Shown here: positions 41,705-52,320 of the stretch, piece by piece
Layout of the letters: the number at the start of each line of letters is the position of its first letter
Position numbering within the stretch: the stretch's first letter is position 1
DNA from: a virus
Direction: 5' to 3' (one strand)
IMG/VR virus record: IMGVR_UViG_3300028025_003013
Span: 9,487 to 73,486 of that record
DNA length: 64,000 nt
Position numbers and translations under genes: made by a program
Notes under the pieces: generated by a model
Databases searched by the model: none
The model's input: the letters and a program-made list of their open reading frames with translations, nothing else
What the model was told of the DNA's origin: nothing

Positions 41705-44553
41705 AATTATATACTGGTGTAGTTGAAAATCGTAAAGACCCATTAAAGCTGGGTCGTTGTCAGGTTCGTATTGTCGGGTTACACACCGAGCAAAAAACAG
41801 TACTACCAACGGCAGATCTGCCATGGGCATTCCCGATGCAGCCAGTTACCTCTGCTGCGATGAATGGTATTGGCCATGCGCCAGTCGGTCCAGTTGAAGG
41901 CACATGGGTCATTATCTTCTTTAGAGATGCTGACGAACAACAGCCGATTATGATGGGTACGATCGGTGGTATCCCTCAGGTCGATTCCAAGAAGATAGAC
42001 GAGTTTACAGACTTTGTTGAATTGTTTCCAAGTTCAATTGCTCAGACAGGAACTAAGAGTGGTGACGTACCACAGAACGTAGCTACCGATGGTTCTGGTA
42101 ATCCGATAGCAGTTGGTTCGGGTGGCTTTTTAACTACTGGCAATGCTGATACACCAGCACAGGCTGCAACTACAGCTAATCAGGCATCCACTGCAGCAAA
42201 AGTTGACGCACCAATTCCTGGATCTCCACCATACGGTAAAAGAGAAGGTTCTTCGGTAAACATTCCGCAGACATCTTACAAAGGTATTCAAGCACTGGGT
42301 AATGCCATGACCTCGCTGGGTATTACAGCTAGGTATGCACGTGCAGCTATCCTTGGTATTGCCATGGGTGAATCAAAGTGTATACCACAGAACGAAGCAT
42401 ATACTTACAATGCAGCTAGGTTAAAGCAGGTTTACAGCTGGATTGATGAAGAGAATGCAGCAAAGTATGCTAACTGGAAAGGTTCTCGCGAAGACTTTTT
42501 CCGCTACATCTACGGACCAACAACTCGTTCTGGTAAATCACTGGGACATACTGCTGCTGATGATGGCGCAAAATACTGGGGTCGTGGTTACATTCAGTTA
42601 ACTGGTAAGGGCAACTATACCAAGTACGCAAAGCTGTCTGGCGTAGATATTATTGCTTCACCAGACCTAACCAACGACTACGAAAAAGGTGCGTTAGTTG
42701 CTGTTGCTTACTTTAAAGATCGTGTCAAGGTTGAACAAAATGATCCATCATACTTTGAAGCTGCATGTCGTGCGGTAGGTTATAACGTACCAGACATTAA
42801 AGCTGCAAAGAAAGCATACTACGAATACTTCCTTGGTGAAACTGCTGCAGATGATAAGTCCGCAGTTCCAGGAGAAACACCTGCCAACGTAGCAGTAAAC
42901 GAACAGGGCATTCCACTAGATCGTGTTCAAAATATGGACACAGGATTCTCTGATCCTGATATGAAGTATCCACTAAGATCTCATATCAACGAACCAGATA
43001 CAAACCGACTGGCTCGAAGCAAAGTCCCTGGAACTGCAGTTGAAAAGAAAGATGCCACACGTTTAAATGGATTGCCAGTTGCCGATGGTACTACCTTTAG
43101 CCAACCAGCTGTTCCTTACAACGCCAAGTATCCATACAACCATGTGTTCGAATCTGAGTCTGGACATATTCAAGAATTTGACGATACACCAGATAATGAA
43201 CGTGTTCACCTGTATCATAAGACAGGGACATTCCTTGAGGTTGACGTAAACGGCACTCAGGTTAATCGTATCACTGGCGATGGCTATACAATCATCGACA
43301 AGAACGGCTATATCTATATCAAGGGCGCATGTACCATTACAGCAGAAGGTGCTACAAACATCTTTGTTAATGCTGATGCCAACATTAAGGTTGCAGGTCT
43401 AACTCAGATCGATCTACTCAACGATGCTGCAATTAACGTGGCTGGCAATCTAGACTTAAACGTGGCTGGTGCATTTCAAGTTAAGTGCGATACCTTTACA
43501 CTTGAAACTACTGGTGACTCTGTAGATATAACTTCTGCCACTGGAATAAACATTCAGGGAGAAGAAGCGATTAATGTAAAATCCGCTGCAGAAGTTAATA
43601 TTCAAGGTGAAGGTGATGTTAACGCAAAGTCTGCTGGCGCAGTTAATCTGCAAGCTGGTGCTGATGTTAGCCTTAAAGCTGGTGGTAATGTTGCTGCCGA
43701 TGGTTCTATTATCGATCTGGCCAATGGTTCTTCTTCGGATGCAGCAGATGCTGCTGATGCAGCCAAGACTGATCTCGGTGATCCGCCAGCTGTTGGTAGT
43801 CCAGAAAACAATGTGTTTCAAACACTGGAAGTTCCAACTCGTAATATGGAAGATGAAGCAGCATACGAAACTCCAGAAGACAATGCTTCACCAGAAGGAC
43901 AAGCAGCAAACAAACGTGAGGTGGTTGGTGAAAAGAGCACTCCAGAAAACACTACTGCTACTGAGTCTGCACCTGCGCCAGCAAACAATGTTAAACCTCA
44001 GGGAGCAAACTGCGATCTGATCTACACAATGAATACTTTCCCGACATCGTTTAGATTGTCACCGAATGTTAATGTGGGAACTATGATTGCTGGTAGCCAT
44101 ATCCTACAGGGTCAACAGGCTCTTGGCAAGATGATGAGTATACAAGAGATCGTTTGTAATATGAAAGGTCTTGCAGAAAACTGTATTGAACCGATCATGG
44201 CTCTTGCTGGTGGTAAGGGTGGTATTATTATTACGTCTGGCTTTAGGCAGAATGGTGTAGTGAGTAACTCATCTGCTACTTCTCAACATCCTGCGGGACA
44301 AGCATTCGACTTCCAATTGACTGGTAAGATTAATGACTATCAGGCTACCTATGACTTTGTTCAGAAAGTTGCCGCAAGTGTGCCATTTGATCAATTGATT
44401 CTGGAGTATAGAGATCCAGGGGTGAATGGTAATAACAGAAAAGTTCGCATCTGCTGGGTTCACTGCTCATTCAAGTACACTGGAAACCGTAAGATGGCAT
44501 TCACTATGTTGAACGACAAGACCTATAAGAAAGATGGTTTCGCTTTAGTATGA
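41701..44553 (+). CDS. gp5: baseplate central spike gp5 with GH19 and peptidase M15 domains
   Basis: OB fold (GVVE.R.DP..LGRC.VR), GH19 motif GRGYIQLTG..NY, YPYNHV.ESESGH..E.DDTP, beta-helix repeats, C-terminal SGFR..SQH..G.A.D..WVH.S. Confidence 0.92.
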   Translation: MKLYTGVVENRKDPLKLGRCQVRIVGLHTEQKTVLPTADLPWAFPMQPVTSAAMNGIGHAPVGPVEGTWVIIFFRDADEQQPIMMGTIGGIPQVDSKKIDEFTDFVELFPSSIAQTGTKSGDVPQNVATDGSGNPIAVGSGGFLTTGNADTPAQAATTANQASTAAKVDAPIPGSPPYGKREGSSVNIPQTSYKGIQALGNAMTSLGITARYARAAILGIAMGESKCIPQNEAYTYNAARLKQVYSWIDEENAAKYANWKGSREDFFRYIYGPTTRSGKSLGHTAADDGAKYWGRGYIQLTGKGNYTKYAKLSGVDIIASPDLTNDYEKGALVAVAYFKDRVKVEQNDPSYFEAACRAVGYNVPDIKAAKKAYYEYFLGETAADDKSAVPGETPANVAVNEQGIPLDRVQNMDTGFSDPDMKYPLRSHINEPDTNRLARSKVPGTAVEKKDATRLNGLPVADGTTFSQPAVPYNAKYPYNHVFESESGHIQEFDDTPDNERVHLYHKTGTFLEVDVNGTQVNRITGDGYTIIDKNGYIYIKGACTITAEGATNIFVNADANIKVAGLTQIDLLNDAAINVAGNLDLNVAGAFQVKCDTFTLETTGDSVDITSATGINIQGEEAINVKSAAEVNIQGEGDVNAKSAGAVNLQAGADVSLKAGGNVAADGSIIDLANGSSSDAADAADAAKTDLGDPPAVGSPENNVFQTLEVPTRNMEDEAAYETPEDNASPEGQAANKREVVGEKSTPENTTATESAPAPANNVKPQGANCDLIYTMNTFPTSFRLSPNVNVGTMIAGSHILQGQQALGKMMSIQEIVCNMKGLAENCIEPIMALAGGKGGIIITSGFRQNGVVSNSSATSQHPAGQAFDFQLTGKINDYQATYDFVQKVAASVPFDQLILEYRDPGVNGNNRKVRICWVHCSFKYTGNRKMAFTMLNDKTYKKDGFALV

Positions 44554-44602
44554 TCCCTAACACCGTAATTATGCACCAAGTCAAGTTTGGAGTCAAGTTT
44601 AG

Positions 44603-45184
44603 ATGACAGTTAAAGTTACTCAATTGAATCCAAGCGGATTTGGTGCAGTGGCTGGAGATCCACTTGCTGCAATTACCGAAGATGGGTCAACTGCATATTC
44701 CAACTTTATTCCAACAGTATACGAAGGTGCGGTGTTTTCCATAGATTTACAATTTCAAGGTTCGTATGCCAGTGCAGCCGAGCCACCAGTAATTACTCTT
44801 GAAAATGCCACTGCTGTTTCGCTGACTACAAACCTTTCAGCAAATGGGTTAACTGCTACGAAACCTAATGCTTATACGTATAGGATTACTGGCTCATGGG
44901 CTAATGCTTTTACAAATAGTTACTATCAGTTTAAAATGAGAGACTATTCTTTAAAGGTTTTACCACCAACCACTACGGAAGACTGGATTGCTTTGATACG
45001 TTATCAGATGCCGTCTCCAACTTCAATACAAAAGGACATTGTGTTTAGTGTAACGATTCCACCAGATCCATTATTGGGTGGTCATCCAACTACAGAAAAT
45101 GTCACCATAAGTCAGTGGGTATTCTGGAACTTTGCTTCAGCCAGAGCAGCAGTTATTAGCCTAGTGGCACAGGGAGAAATATAA
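44603..45184 (+). CDS. hypothetical structural protein (gp5.1 position)
   Basis: 193 aa between gp5 and PAAR. Confidence 0.7.
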   Translation: MTVKVTQLNPSGFGAVAGDPLAAITEDGSTAYSNFIPTVYEGAVFSIDLQFQGSYASAAEPPVITLENATAVSLTTNLSANGLTATKPNAYTYRITGSWANAFTNSYYQFKMRDYSLKVLPPTTTEDWIALIRYQMPSPTSIQKDIVFSVTIPPDPLLGGHPTTENVTISQWVFWNFASARAAVISLVAQGEI

Positions 45185-45498
45185 TGCCAGCAGTAGCAAG
45201 AGCAGGAGATACCGTACTTTCTATCGATGGAACAGGGTTCAAGTGTCGTCAACCCATGCAGACCTCTGTGGGTGCGGTTAATGGTAATAACGTATTTGCC
45301 AATGGTATCCTTATCGTGGTTCATGGTAAACTGATAGCACCCCATCCTAAGTCTGGATGTCAACCAGATACTTCTACTTTATCCACGTCATCCAGTAAAG
45401 TTAAGATCGGTGGACTGGGAGTTGGAAGAATCGGAGACGATTATGGTGGAATTAACACAATTACGCAAGGTTCTTCAAATGTGTTCGCAGGTGGATAA
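45184..45498 (+). CDS. PAAR spike-tip protein (gp5.4-like)
   Basis: MPAVARAGD, V.ANG, H..C, GRIGD, GS.NVFAG. Confidence 0.88.
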   Translation: MPAVARAGDTVLSIDGTGFKCRQPMQTSVGAVNGNNVFANGILIVVHGKLIAPHPKSGCQPDTSTLSTSSSKVKIGGLGVGRIGDDYGGINTITQGSSNVFAGG

Positions 45499-45509
45499 TA
45501 AATAATCAA

Positions 45510-45911
45510 ATGGCTACAGCAACTAAAAAACAACGCACCTTTTCGGACTTGGATCTGAATTTTACCGCACATCCAGTTACGGGAGATGTAGCACGGCTAT
45601 ACGACGAGAATGCCATCAAGCGTTCAGTGCGAAACCTGCTTCAAACAAACAACTTTGAACGACCATTTCATAGCGAAATAGGTTCTCAGATCCGTGCCTT
45701 ACTATTTGAACCAGCATCCCCAGTTTTAAATACCATGCTAAAGCGAGTTATTGCTGACACCATTGCTACCTTTGAACCAAGAGTTGTGGTAAACAGTGTT
45801 ACAGTTTCTTCAAACGCAGACAATAACGCATTGAATGTTACCTTGGTATTCACCATAGTGAACACAGTTAACCCAGTAACAATGAATGTTGTTTTACAGA
45901 GAACACGATAA
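45510..45911 (+). CDS. gp25: baseplate wedge gp25
   Basis: FSDLDL.F..HP, AIKRSV.NL..T...ERPF, FEPRV. Confidence 0.94.
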   Translation: MATATKKQRTFSDLDLNFTAHPVTGDVARLYDENAIKRSVRNLLQTNNFERPFHSEIGSQIRALLFEPASPVLNTMLKRVIADTIATFEPRVVVNSVTVSSNADNNALNVTLVFTIVNTVNPVTMNVVLQRTR

Positions 45912-47737
45912 TGGACAATAAAAGAATTAGAGTCACCGAACTGGATTTTGACCAGATCAAAGACAACTTCAAGAACTTCCTAAAAGGTCAAAGCGAGTTT
46001 CAGGACTATGACTTTGAAGGTTCTGGCGTTAATGTGTTGCTGGATATTCTGGCTTACAATACTCACTACAATGCGATGTATGCCAACCTTGCCATGAACG
46101 AGGCATTCTTGGACTCAGCTTCCAAACGAAACAACGTAGTTTCCCATGCCAAGTCGTTGGGTTATATTCCAGTCCCAGCCAAGTGTGCTGAGGCAGTTGT
46201 TAACATTACCGTTTTCAATGCCACAAATTCTCCAGACACACTTACGCTTCCAGCGTTTACTCAATTCTCAACTTCCATTGATAAAGTAAACTACAACTTT
46301 TACAGCAGAAATGCTATAACAACAGCACCAGTTAATGGCATTTATACCTTTAGCAATGTAGTTATTACCGAAGGTACGCCACTGCGTTTTCAGTATATCG
46401 TCAATGAAGGTGTTTCGTTCCTAATTCCGAATCCTGGTGCAGATCTTTCTACGCTAAGTGTTCGTGTTCAAGACAGCACCAGCACTAGTGGTTACGTGGT
46501 TTATACACGTGGTGATGACCTAACGCTGGTTAAGCCAGATGATACAGTTTTCTTTGTTAAGGAAATTGATAATGAGTTGTATGAAGTTTACTTTGGTGAT
46601 GGCGTAACTGGTCGTCCAGTTATTTCTGGTAATGTGGTTACCTTGGATTACTTTGTTTCCAATAAGGAAGCTGCAAACAACGCCAAGGCATTTACCTGCA
46701 ACACTAACATTGGTGGTGGCACTGTTGCGGTTACTACAGTTTCCATGGCGCAGGGTGGTTCTTCTATCGAAAGCATCGACAGCATTAAGTTCAATGCACC
46801 ACGCAACTATGCAGCACAGAATCGTGCAGTTACCGCTGAAGACTATAAAGTTATTCTACCTTCCATCTATCCGAACATTGAATCGGTAAACGTATGGGGT
46901 GGCGAGGAAGCGGATCCTCCACAGTACGGTAAGGTATTCATCTCTATTAAACCAAAGTCTGGCGAAACCCTTACTACTTCTACCAAAGAAATCATTAAGA
47001 AAAACATTCTCCGCAGCAAGAACATTGTTTCTATTACTCCAGAGATCGTTGACGCAGACTTTTTGTATGTGAACGTATACACCGCAGTATACTACAATCC
47101 TTTGCAAACTGAGAAAAACCCAGACACTATAAAAACGCTGGTAAACAATACGATCAATAAGTATGATAATGATGACCTTCGTAGGTTCGGTGGTATGTTT
47201 AGGTACTCGAAATTGTCTCGTTTAATCGATGCAACTGATGTTTCTATAACAAGTAACATCACAAATGTTACCTTTATGAAGATACTTACACCAGCCTTCA
47301 ATACAAAGGCTAAATATAACATAACTTTCAACAACCCAATACATTCCTCTCTAGCTGCAGATGAGTCTATAAAAAGCACTGCGTTTTACATCTCTTCCAC
47401 AGAACAACCAGTTTATATTGACGATGATGGTGTTGGAAATTTAAGAATGTTTTACTATACTGGAACGAACACAAAAGTGTTTATTAACAAAACTCTCGGT
47501 ACAGTAAATTACTTAACTGGAAAAGTTGTGATCAACGATTTAGTTATTGCTTCTGCTCCAAATAATATCATCGAATTACACTGTACTCCAGATTCTAACG
47601 ACGTAGTTTCTGTTAGAAATCAAATCGTAGCACTTAATCAGAACAGCACCAGAGTTAACGTAATCGTTGACACAGTTGCTTCTGGACAATTCGCTGGTGG
47701 AACGAACTTTATATTCTCCTCAAATAACGCAAGATGA
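45911..47737 (+). CDS. gp6: baseplate wedge gp6
   Basis: LDFD.IK, DYDFEGS, LAYNT, FGDG, QNRAVT..DY, WGGE...P.YGKVFI. Confidence 0.95.
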   Translation: MDNKRIRVTELDFDQIKDNFKNFLKGQSEFQDYDFEGSGVNVLLDILAYNTHYNAMYANLAMNEAFLDSASKRNNVVSHAKSLGYIPVPAKCAEAVVNITVFNATNSPDTLTLPAFTQFSTSIDKVNYNFYSRNAITTAPVNGIYTFSNVVITEGTPLRFQYIVNEGVSFLIPNPGADLSTLSVRVQDSTSTSGYVVYTRGDDLTLVKPDDTVFFVKEIDNELYEVYFGDGVTGRPVISGNVVTLDYFVSNKEAANNAKAFTCNTNIGGGTVAVTTVSMAQGGSSIESIDSIKFNAPRNYAAQNRAVTAEDYKVILPSIYPNIESVNVWGGEEADPPQYGKVFISIKPKSGETLTTSTKEIIKKNILRSKNIVSITPEIVDADFLYVNVYTAVYYNPLQTEKNPDTIKTLVNNTINKYDNDDLRRFGGMFRYSKLSRLIDATDVSITSNITNVTFMKILTPAFNTKAKYNITFNNPIHSSLAADESIKSTAFYISSTEQPVYIDDDGVGNLRMFYYTGTNTKVFINKTLGTVNYLTGKVVINDLVIASAPNNIIELHCTPDSNDVVSVRNQIVALNQNSTRVNVIVDTVASGQFAGGTNFIFSSNNAR

Positions 47738-50700
47738 CAAGTTTAGTCAAAGCCAAAGTTTCCACTGTAGTATCCAAACAGGCTCCAGAGTTTGTTCGTG
47801 AGGAACATGCTAAGTTCATTCAATTCTTAGAAGCATACTATGAGTGGATGGAGCAACAGGGCAATGCTGGCTTTACGATGCGTAATATTGAAAGCGCACG
47901 AGACATTGATAAGACTGTAGACGACTTTGTCCAGTACTTTCAAAAGGAGTTAATGGTTGCTATCCCTGAGTATGTTATCAGCGATAAGCGTATGCTGGCT
48001 CAGCGTATCCATGACCTGTATCGTGCCAAGGGTACTAATCAGTCCTACGAATTACTATTCCGTATTCTATACGACGAACCAGCGGAGATCTACTATCCCA
48101 AGGTAGACTTACTACGTTCTTCGGACGGCAAGTTTGACAGACGCACTGTTATTAAAGTTATCGAGAATGCTGGTGATGCGTTTAACTTAGTTGGACAAAC
48201 AATCACTCAGGCTGCAGATTTAGGTAATGGTATTACTTTGGCATCGGCTAGAGTAGAATCAGTTATTAAGACTTCTGCTGGCACAAACATTATTGCAGAA
48301 ATAAACATTAATCCCACAACACTTGTTGGAACATTTATTGCTGGTGCCACCATTACTGGTTTAGACAATCAAACCGATTCTCTAATCTCCATGACCTCAC
48401 AAACCCTAATCTCCAATGTTAGATTGGACACAAAGGGTTCGTATTACAGCATTGGTCAAAAGTTTACCACTGCAGCTGGTTCTGGTTTAGACTTTCTTTG
48501 TGAAGTTGCCACTGTTCAAACAGGTAGTATTTCTGGCATCTTTGTTCAAAACCCTGGATCTAACTATCGCAAGGGTGACTTAATCAATTTCAATAATACA
48601 GATACTGGTGGTTATGGTGCCAGTGCCGTTGTTGAAGAAGTAGATCAAACAGCGTTCCTATTGGAAACTACCACTGGTGCGTTGTTCTCCACAGGTGCAC
48701 TAACCTTTGATATTGGTGACGCAACCAATACCTATGTTGGTCTTCCAACTTATAACAATCTGGCAGGAACACGTTTAACTGGTACAGGTACTGGTGCAGC
48801 GTTCAATGTAGGCTTCACTGAGGGTTCTCCAGACGTTTACACAATTGGTATCTATGCTGGTGGTAATAACTACACTGTTGGCGATACAATTAAAATTCTA
48901 GGAACATCAGTTGGTGGTGCCACAACTACCAATGATATTACTATTACTGTTGCCACACTAAGCGACATTCAGGCTACAGCTGGTGACTTTATTGTTGGTC
49001 AGACATGGATTGTTGCAGATTTAGGCAGTACTACTCAGTTGCAATGGAATCAGATCGCAGGAACAACTGGTCAGGTATATACTGTGGGATCTCGATTCAC
49101 TGCTGCCATAGAAGGTTACGGCAGGGGTTCTGGTAAAGCAACACAAACTTCTATTGATACTGTTACCTTTACTGGCACAGCGCCAGCAGTTTCGGTAAGT
49201 CCAGATATTGATCGCAGCAGGGGTCGTATCTCTGATACAGCATTGACTTCTTCAACTGCATCATTTATGTTGTTGGAAGATGGTGGTAAAATTATTCCTG
49301 AAGATGCCACCATCGGTGGTATTAAGAGTGTTAGGGTTATTGATGGTGGTAAGTTTTATAACAAAACCCCAATCCCAACAGCTGCAAATTCTTCAGGCAG
49401 TAACGCAAAGTTAGTTGCTTACGGTGAAGACATCGGTAGGATCACAGGTATAAACATCACAAACCTTGGTGTTTACTATGAATCCAAACCATCTGTTGCT
49501 TCTCCAGTTAATGCTATCATCAACAATTTAAACAATACCAACTTTGTTCCTGGTGAGGCTATCTACAGCGAACCAGAAGTATTGTTATTGGAAACTGGTG
49601 GTGAGTTGCTTCTTGAGAATAGCTATAGCGATAGGCTACTCAATGAAGAACAAAGTGGTGGTTATGGTTTATTCGAATCCTTTAACACATCAAGAAACCT
49701 ACTAACTATTAGCCCAGCTAATATTAAGAATCGTATAGTTTCTGAGAATGGATTAAACTACATTACCTTTGAAGATCAACGTAAGGTTGTAACTGAAGAT
49801 TCTGGTGAGTTTACTGGCAATCAGGTTATTCGTGGTCTAACCTCTGGCGCACGTGCTCGAATCATGAGCATTGGCCATGCGGAAGTTACGCCACAACGTG
49901 GTGCAGTGGGTAAGTATGTTGGTGTGTTTATTGGTGCTGATGGTAAAGTTTCTGAATCATCAAAGCGCATGCCAGACAATCTTTACCACCAAGAGTTTAG
50001 CTACGTTATTAAAGTTGGTCTGTCCATCGATAAATACCGTGATGCAGTAAAGCGTATTCTACACCCAGTGGGTCTTGCACTATTCGGACAGGTTGCTATT
50101 CAGTCCTTTGGCGACGCAAAAATGCCAGGACTTACTTCCACTGATTTGTTCCGCACTCTTAGCCTTGGTATTAGACAGATTATTGATGCCAAGATGAAGT
50201 CGTTACACCACAATGTAACTTTGGTATTCCCGTTGTTCGACAAAGCAAATATGCGCATGCATATTCTGGCGTCAGACTTCTTACCAGTACTTCACTTCCC
50301 ACGTGCGGAACCACTCAGCGTATATGTTCTGGATTTGAGATCCAAGTCTATAACCGACTGGCATACTCATATCTGGTTAGATCCTATGGATCTTCGTTCT
50401 CAAATTAGACAGAACGTAGTTAGCATCGAATCTAAGGTTCTTAGAAGTGGTGTGCAATTGGTTGGTGGACCAAGACTTGGTAATCTAGAAAAATTCAAAT
50501 TCTTCATACCACCATATGAAGCTGGAACTAAAAATTCTTTAAATCTGAATCGTGAAGCATGGGATCAGGTATACCCTGCTCCGAATAATACCTATTGGAA
50601 TACATACGGCACAACTCAGATTAAAGACTTCGGCGATATCGTATTGGCAGATGTCATAAATAATCCAGAGAGAAAGGTCGATTTTATCATAATCGATGCT

Positions 50701-50868
50701 CATATCGACATAGTCTCGAACCCTCCTGGGGAAGTTACTTTCGATTATGGTTTATCTTATATTACAATGGATAATTTAGGGTTTACAATGGACTTAGATA
50801 CAGAAAGATCTGACTCCGATGACATCTTCATGGACGATATTCAAACAACAATGGACTCTACAAAATAA
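47734..50868 (+). CDS. gp7: baseplate wedge initiator gp7-like
   Basis: PEFV......F..FLEAYY, Y..KGT..S...LFR.LY, Q.FSYV.K, LHP.G; between gp6 and gp8. Confidence 0.85.
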   Translation: MTSLVKAKVSTVVSKQAPEFVREEHAKFIQFLEAYYEWMEQQGNAGFTMRNIESARDIDKTVDDFVQYFQKELMVAIPEYVISDKRMLAQRIHDLYRAKGTNQSYELLFRILYDEPAEIYYPKVDLLRSSDGKFDRRTVIKVIENAGDAFNLVGQTITQAADLGNGITLASARVESVIKTSAGTNIIAEININPTTLVGTFIAGATITGLDNQTDSLISMTSQTLISNVRLDTKGSYYSIGQKFTTAAGSGLDFLCEVATVQTGSISGIFVQNPGSNYRKGDLINFNNTDTGGYGASAVVEEVDQTAFLLETTTGALFSTGALTFDIGDATNTYVGLPTYNNLAGTRLTGTGTGAAFNVGFTEGSPDVYTIGIYAGGNNYTVGDTIKILGTSVGGATTTNDITITVATLSDIQATAGDFIVGQTWIVADLGSTTQLQWNQIAGTTGQVYTVGSRFTAAIEGYGRGSGKATQTSIDTVTFTGTAPAVSVSPDIDRSRGRISDTALTSSTASFMLLEDGGKIIPEDATIGGIKSVRVIDGGKFYNKTPIPTAANSSGSNAKLVAYGEDIGRITGINITNLGVYYESKPSVASPVNAIINNLNNTNFVPGEAIYSEPEVLLLETGGELLLENSYSDRLLNEEQSGGYGLFESFNTSRNLLTISPANIKNRIVSENGLNYITFEDQRKVVTEDSGEFTGNQVIRGLTSGARARIMSIGHAEVTPQRGAVGKYVGVFIGADGKVSESSKRMPDNLYHQEFSYVIKVGLSIDKYRDAVKRILHPVGLALFGQVAIQSFGDAKMPGLTSTDLFRTLSLGIRQIIDAKMKSLHHNVTLVFPLFDKANMRMHILASDFLPVLHFPRAEPLSVYVLDLRSKSITDWHTHIWLDPMDLRSQIRQNVVSIESKVLRSGVQLVGGPRLGNLEKFKFFIPPYEAGTKNSLNLNREAWDQVYPAPNNTYWNTYGTTQIKDFGDIVLADVINNPERKVDFIIIDAHIDIVSNPPGEVTFDYGLSYITMDNLGFTMDLDTERSDSDDIFMDDIQTTMDSTK

Positions 50869-50883
50869 GAGTTAGGAGAAAAA

Positions 50884-52278
50884 ATGGCTGCTATTATTAC
50901 AAACAAATTTCGCATTCACAATGCAATGTCCTTTAAAGAAGGCTTTGGTGAAGCGTCGCCGACACAGATGTATCTGTTTATCGGTCGTTCACAACCATGG
51001 GCTTCGGACGCTGCGCCAGATACCCCAGTAGACACAGTTGAATCTGAATACTTTAACTACGATGATATGATTGCTATGAAACGCATTCAGGCATCAGACG
51101 TTTCCCATGCTATTCTGCGTCGTAACTGGACTTCTGGTAAGTACTATGACATCTATCGTCACAACTACAACAACAGTGCTAATCAGGGTGTTGACATCGA
51201 TGCTGGTACTGGCACAACTCGTCAAACATTATTTGATGCAAACTACTTTGTTGTTACTGAAGAATACAACGTATACAAGTGTTTAGATAACCGCAACGCT
51301 GCAAGCGTAGTTGCTCCTTCAACACAACAACCGACTGGCACTTCAACTTCCGCATTTACTACATCTGATGGTTACACATGGAAGTACATGTACTCTATCT
51401 CTCCTGCTGATACATTGAAGTTTGTTTCTACAGACTTTATTCCAGTTAAGACTTTGACTGGTAACCCAGGATCTACAGATTCATACTACAGCCAGTGGCT
51501 TGTTCAGGCTGCAGCTACAAGCGGTTCTATCGACAACATCGTTATCACTAATAATGGTACTGGTTATACCAGTGCTCCAACTGTTGCTATTTCTGGTGAT
51601 GGCACTGGTGCTACGGCAACTGCCACTGTAACAGCTGGTGGAGTTACAGCGATAAATATTACCAACCCAGGAAGTGGTTACACTTATGTAACTATTTCTT
51701 TCTCTGGTGGTGCTGGCGCAAATGCATCAGCATCTGCTATCATCTCGCCAAAGGGTGGTCATGGTTCAGATCCTGTCAAGGAACTTGGTGGTTTCTATGT
51801 AATTATGAACGTACGTCTTGAGTACGCTGATGGTGGTGGTGACTTCCCTGTTGATAATGATTATCGTCGTATCGGTATTATCAAAGATCCAATCTTGTTT
51901 GGAACAACCAACCTTGCAACAACTTCAACCCTAAGAGCAACAAAGACTTTGACTCTGCAGGCTGGCGTTTCTGGAACCTTTATCGTTGACGAAGTTATTA
52001 CTCAGTCAACCACTGGTGCAACTGGTCGTATCGTTTCTTATGATCCTACTACACGTGTAGTAAACTACATCAAACAACAGGGTGTTCAAAACAACATCGA
52101 CTTTACAACTGGTAACAATATTACTGGTGCTGGCTCTGGTGCTGTTGGTAACGTATCTGCTTTGGGTAACCCAGAAGTTGCTATCGACTCTGGTGAGATC
52201 ATTTACTTTGAGAATCGTCGTCCAATTAATCGTGCTTCGGACCAGTTAGAAGACATTAAGATCGTTGTTGAGATGTAA
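50884..52278 (+). CDS. gp8: baseplate wedge gp8
   Basis: MAAIIT..FR, YL.IGR...W, VYKCL.N, DGY.WKYMY, GGHG.D...ELG, EDIKIV.E. Confidence 0.93.
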   Translation: MAAIITNKFRIHNAMSFKEGFGEASPTQMYLFIGRSQPWASDAAPDTPVDTVESEYFNYDDMIAMKRIQASDVSHAILRRNWTSGKYYDIYRHNYNNSANQGVDIDAGTGTTRQTLFDANYFVVTEEYNVYKCLDNRNAASVVAPSTQQPTGTSTSAFTTSDGYTWKYMYSISPADTLKFVSTDFIPVKTLTGNPGSTDSYYSQWLVQAAATSGSIDNIVITNNGTGYTSAPTVAISGDGTGATATATVTAGGVTAINITNPGSGYTYVTISFSGGAGANASASAIISPKGGHGSDPVKELGGFYVIMNVRLEYADGGGDFPVDNDYRRIGIIKDPILFGTTNLATTSTLRATKTLTLQAGVSGTFIVDEVITQSTTGATGRIVSYDPTTRVVNYIKQQGVQNNIDFTTGNNITGAGSGAVGNVSALGNPEVAIDSGEIIYFENRRPINRASDQLEDIKIVVEM

Positions 52279-52320
52279 TAAATAGTAGTTGAATGCACCG
52301 AATAAACATAGGCTGAGAGA

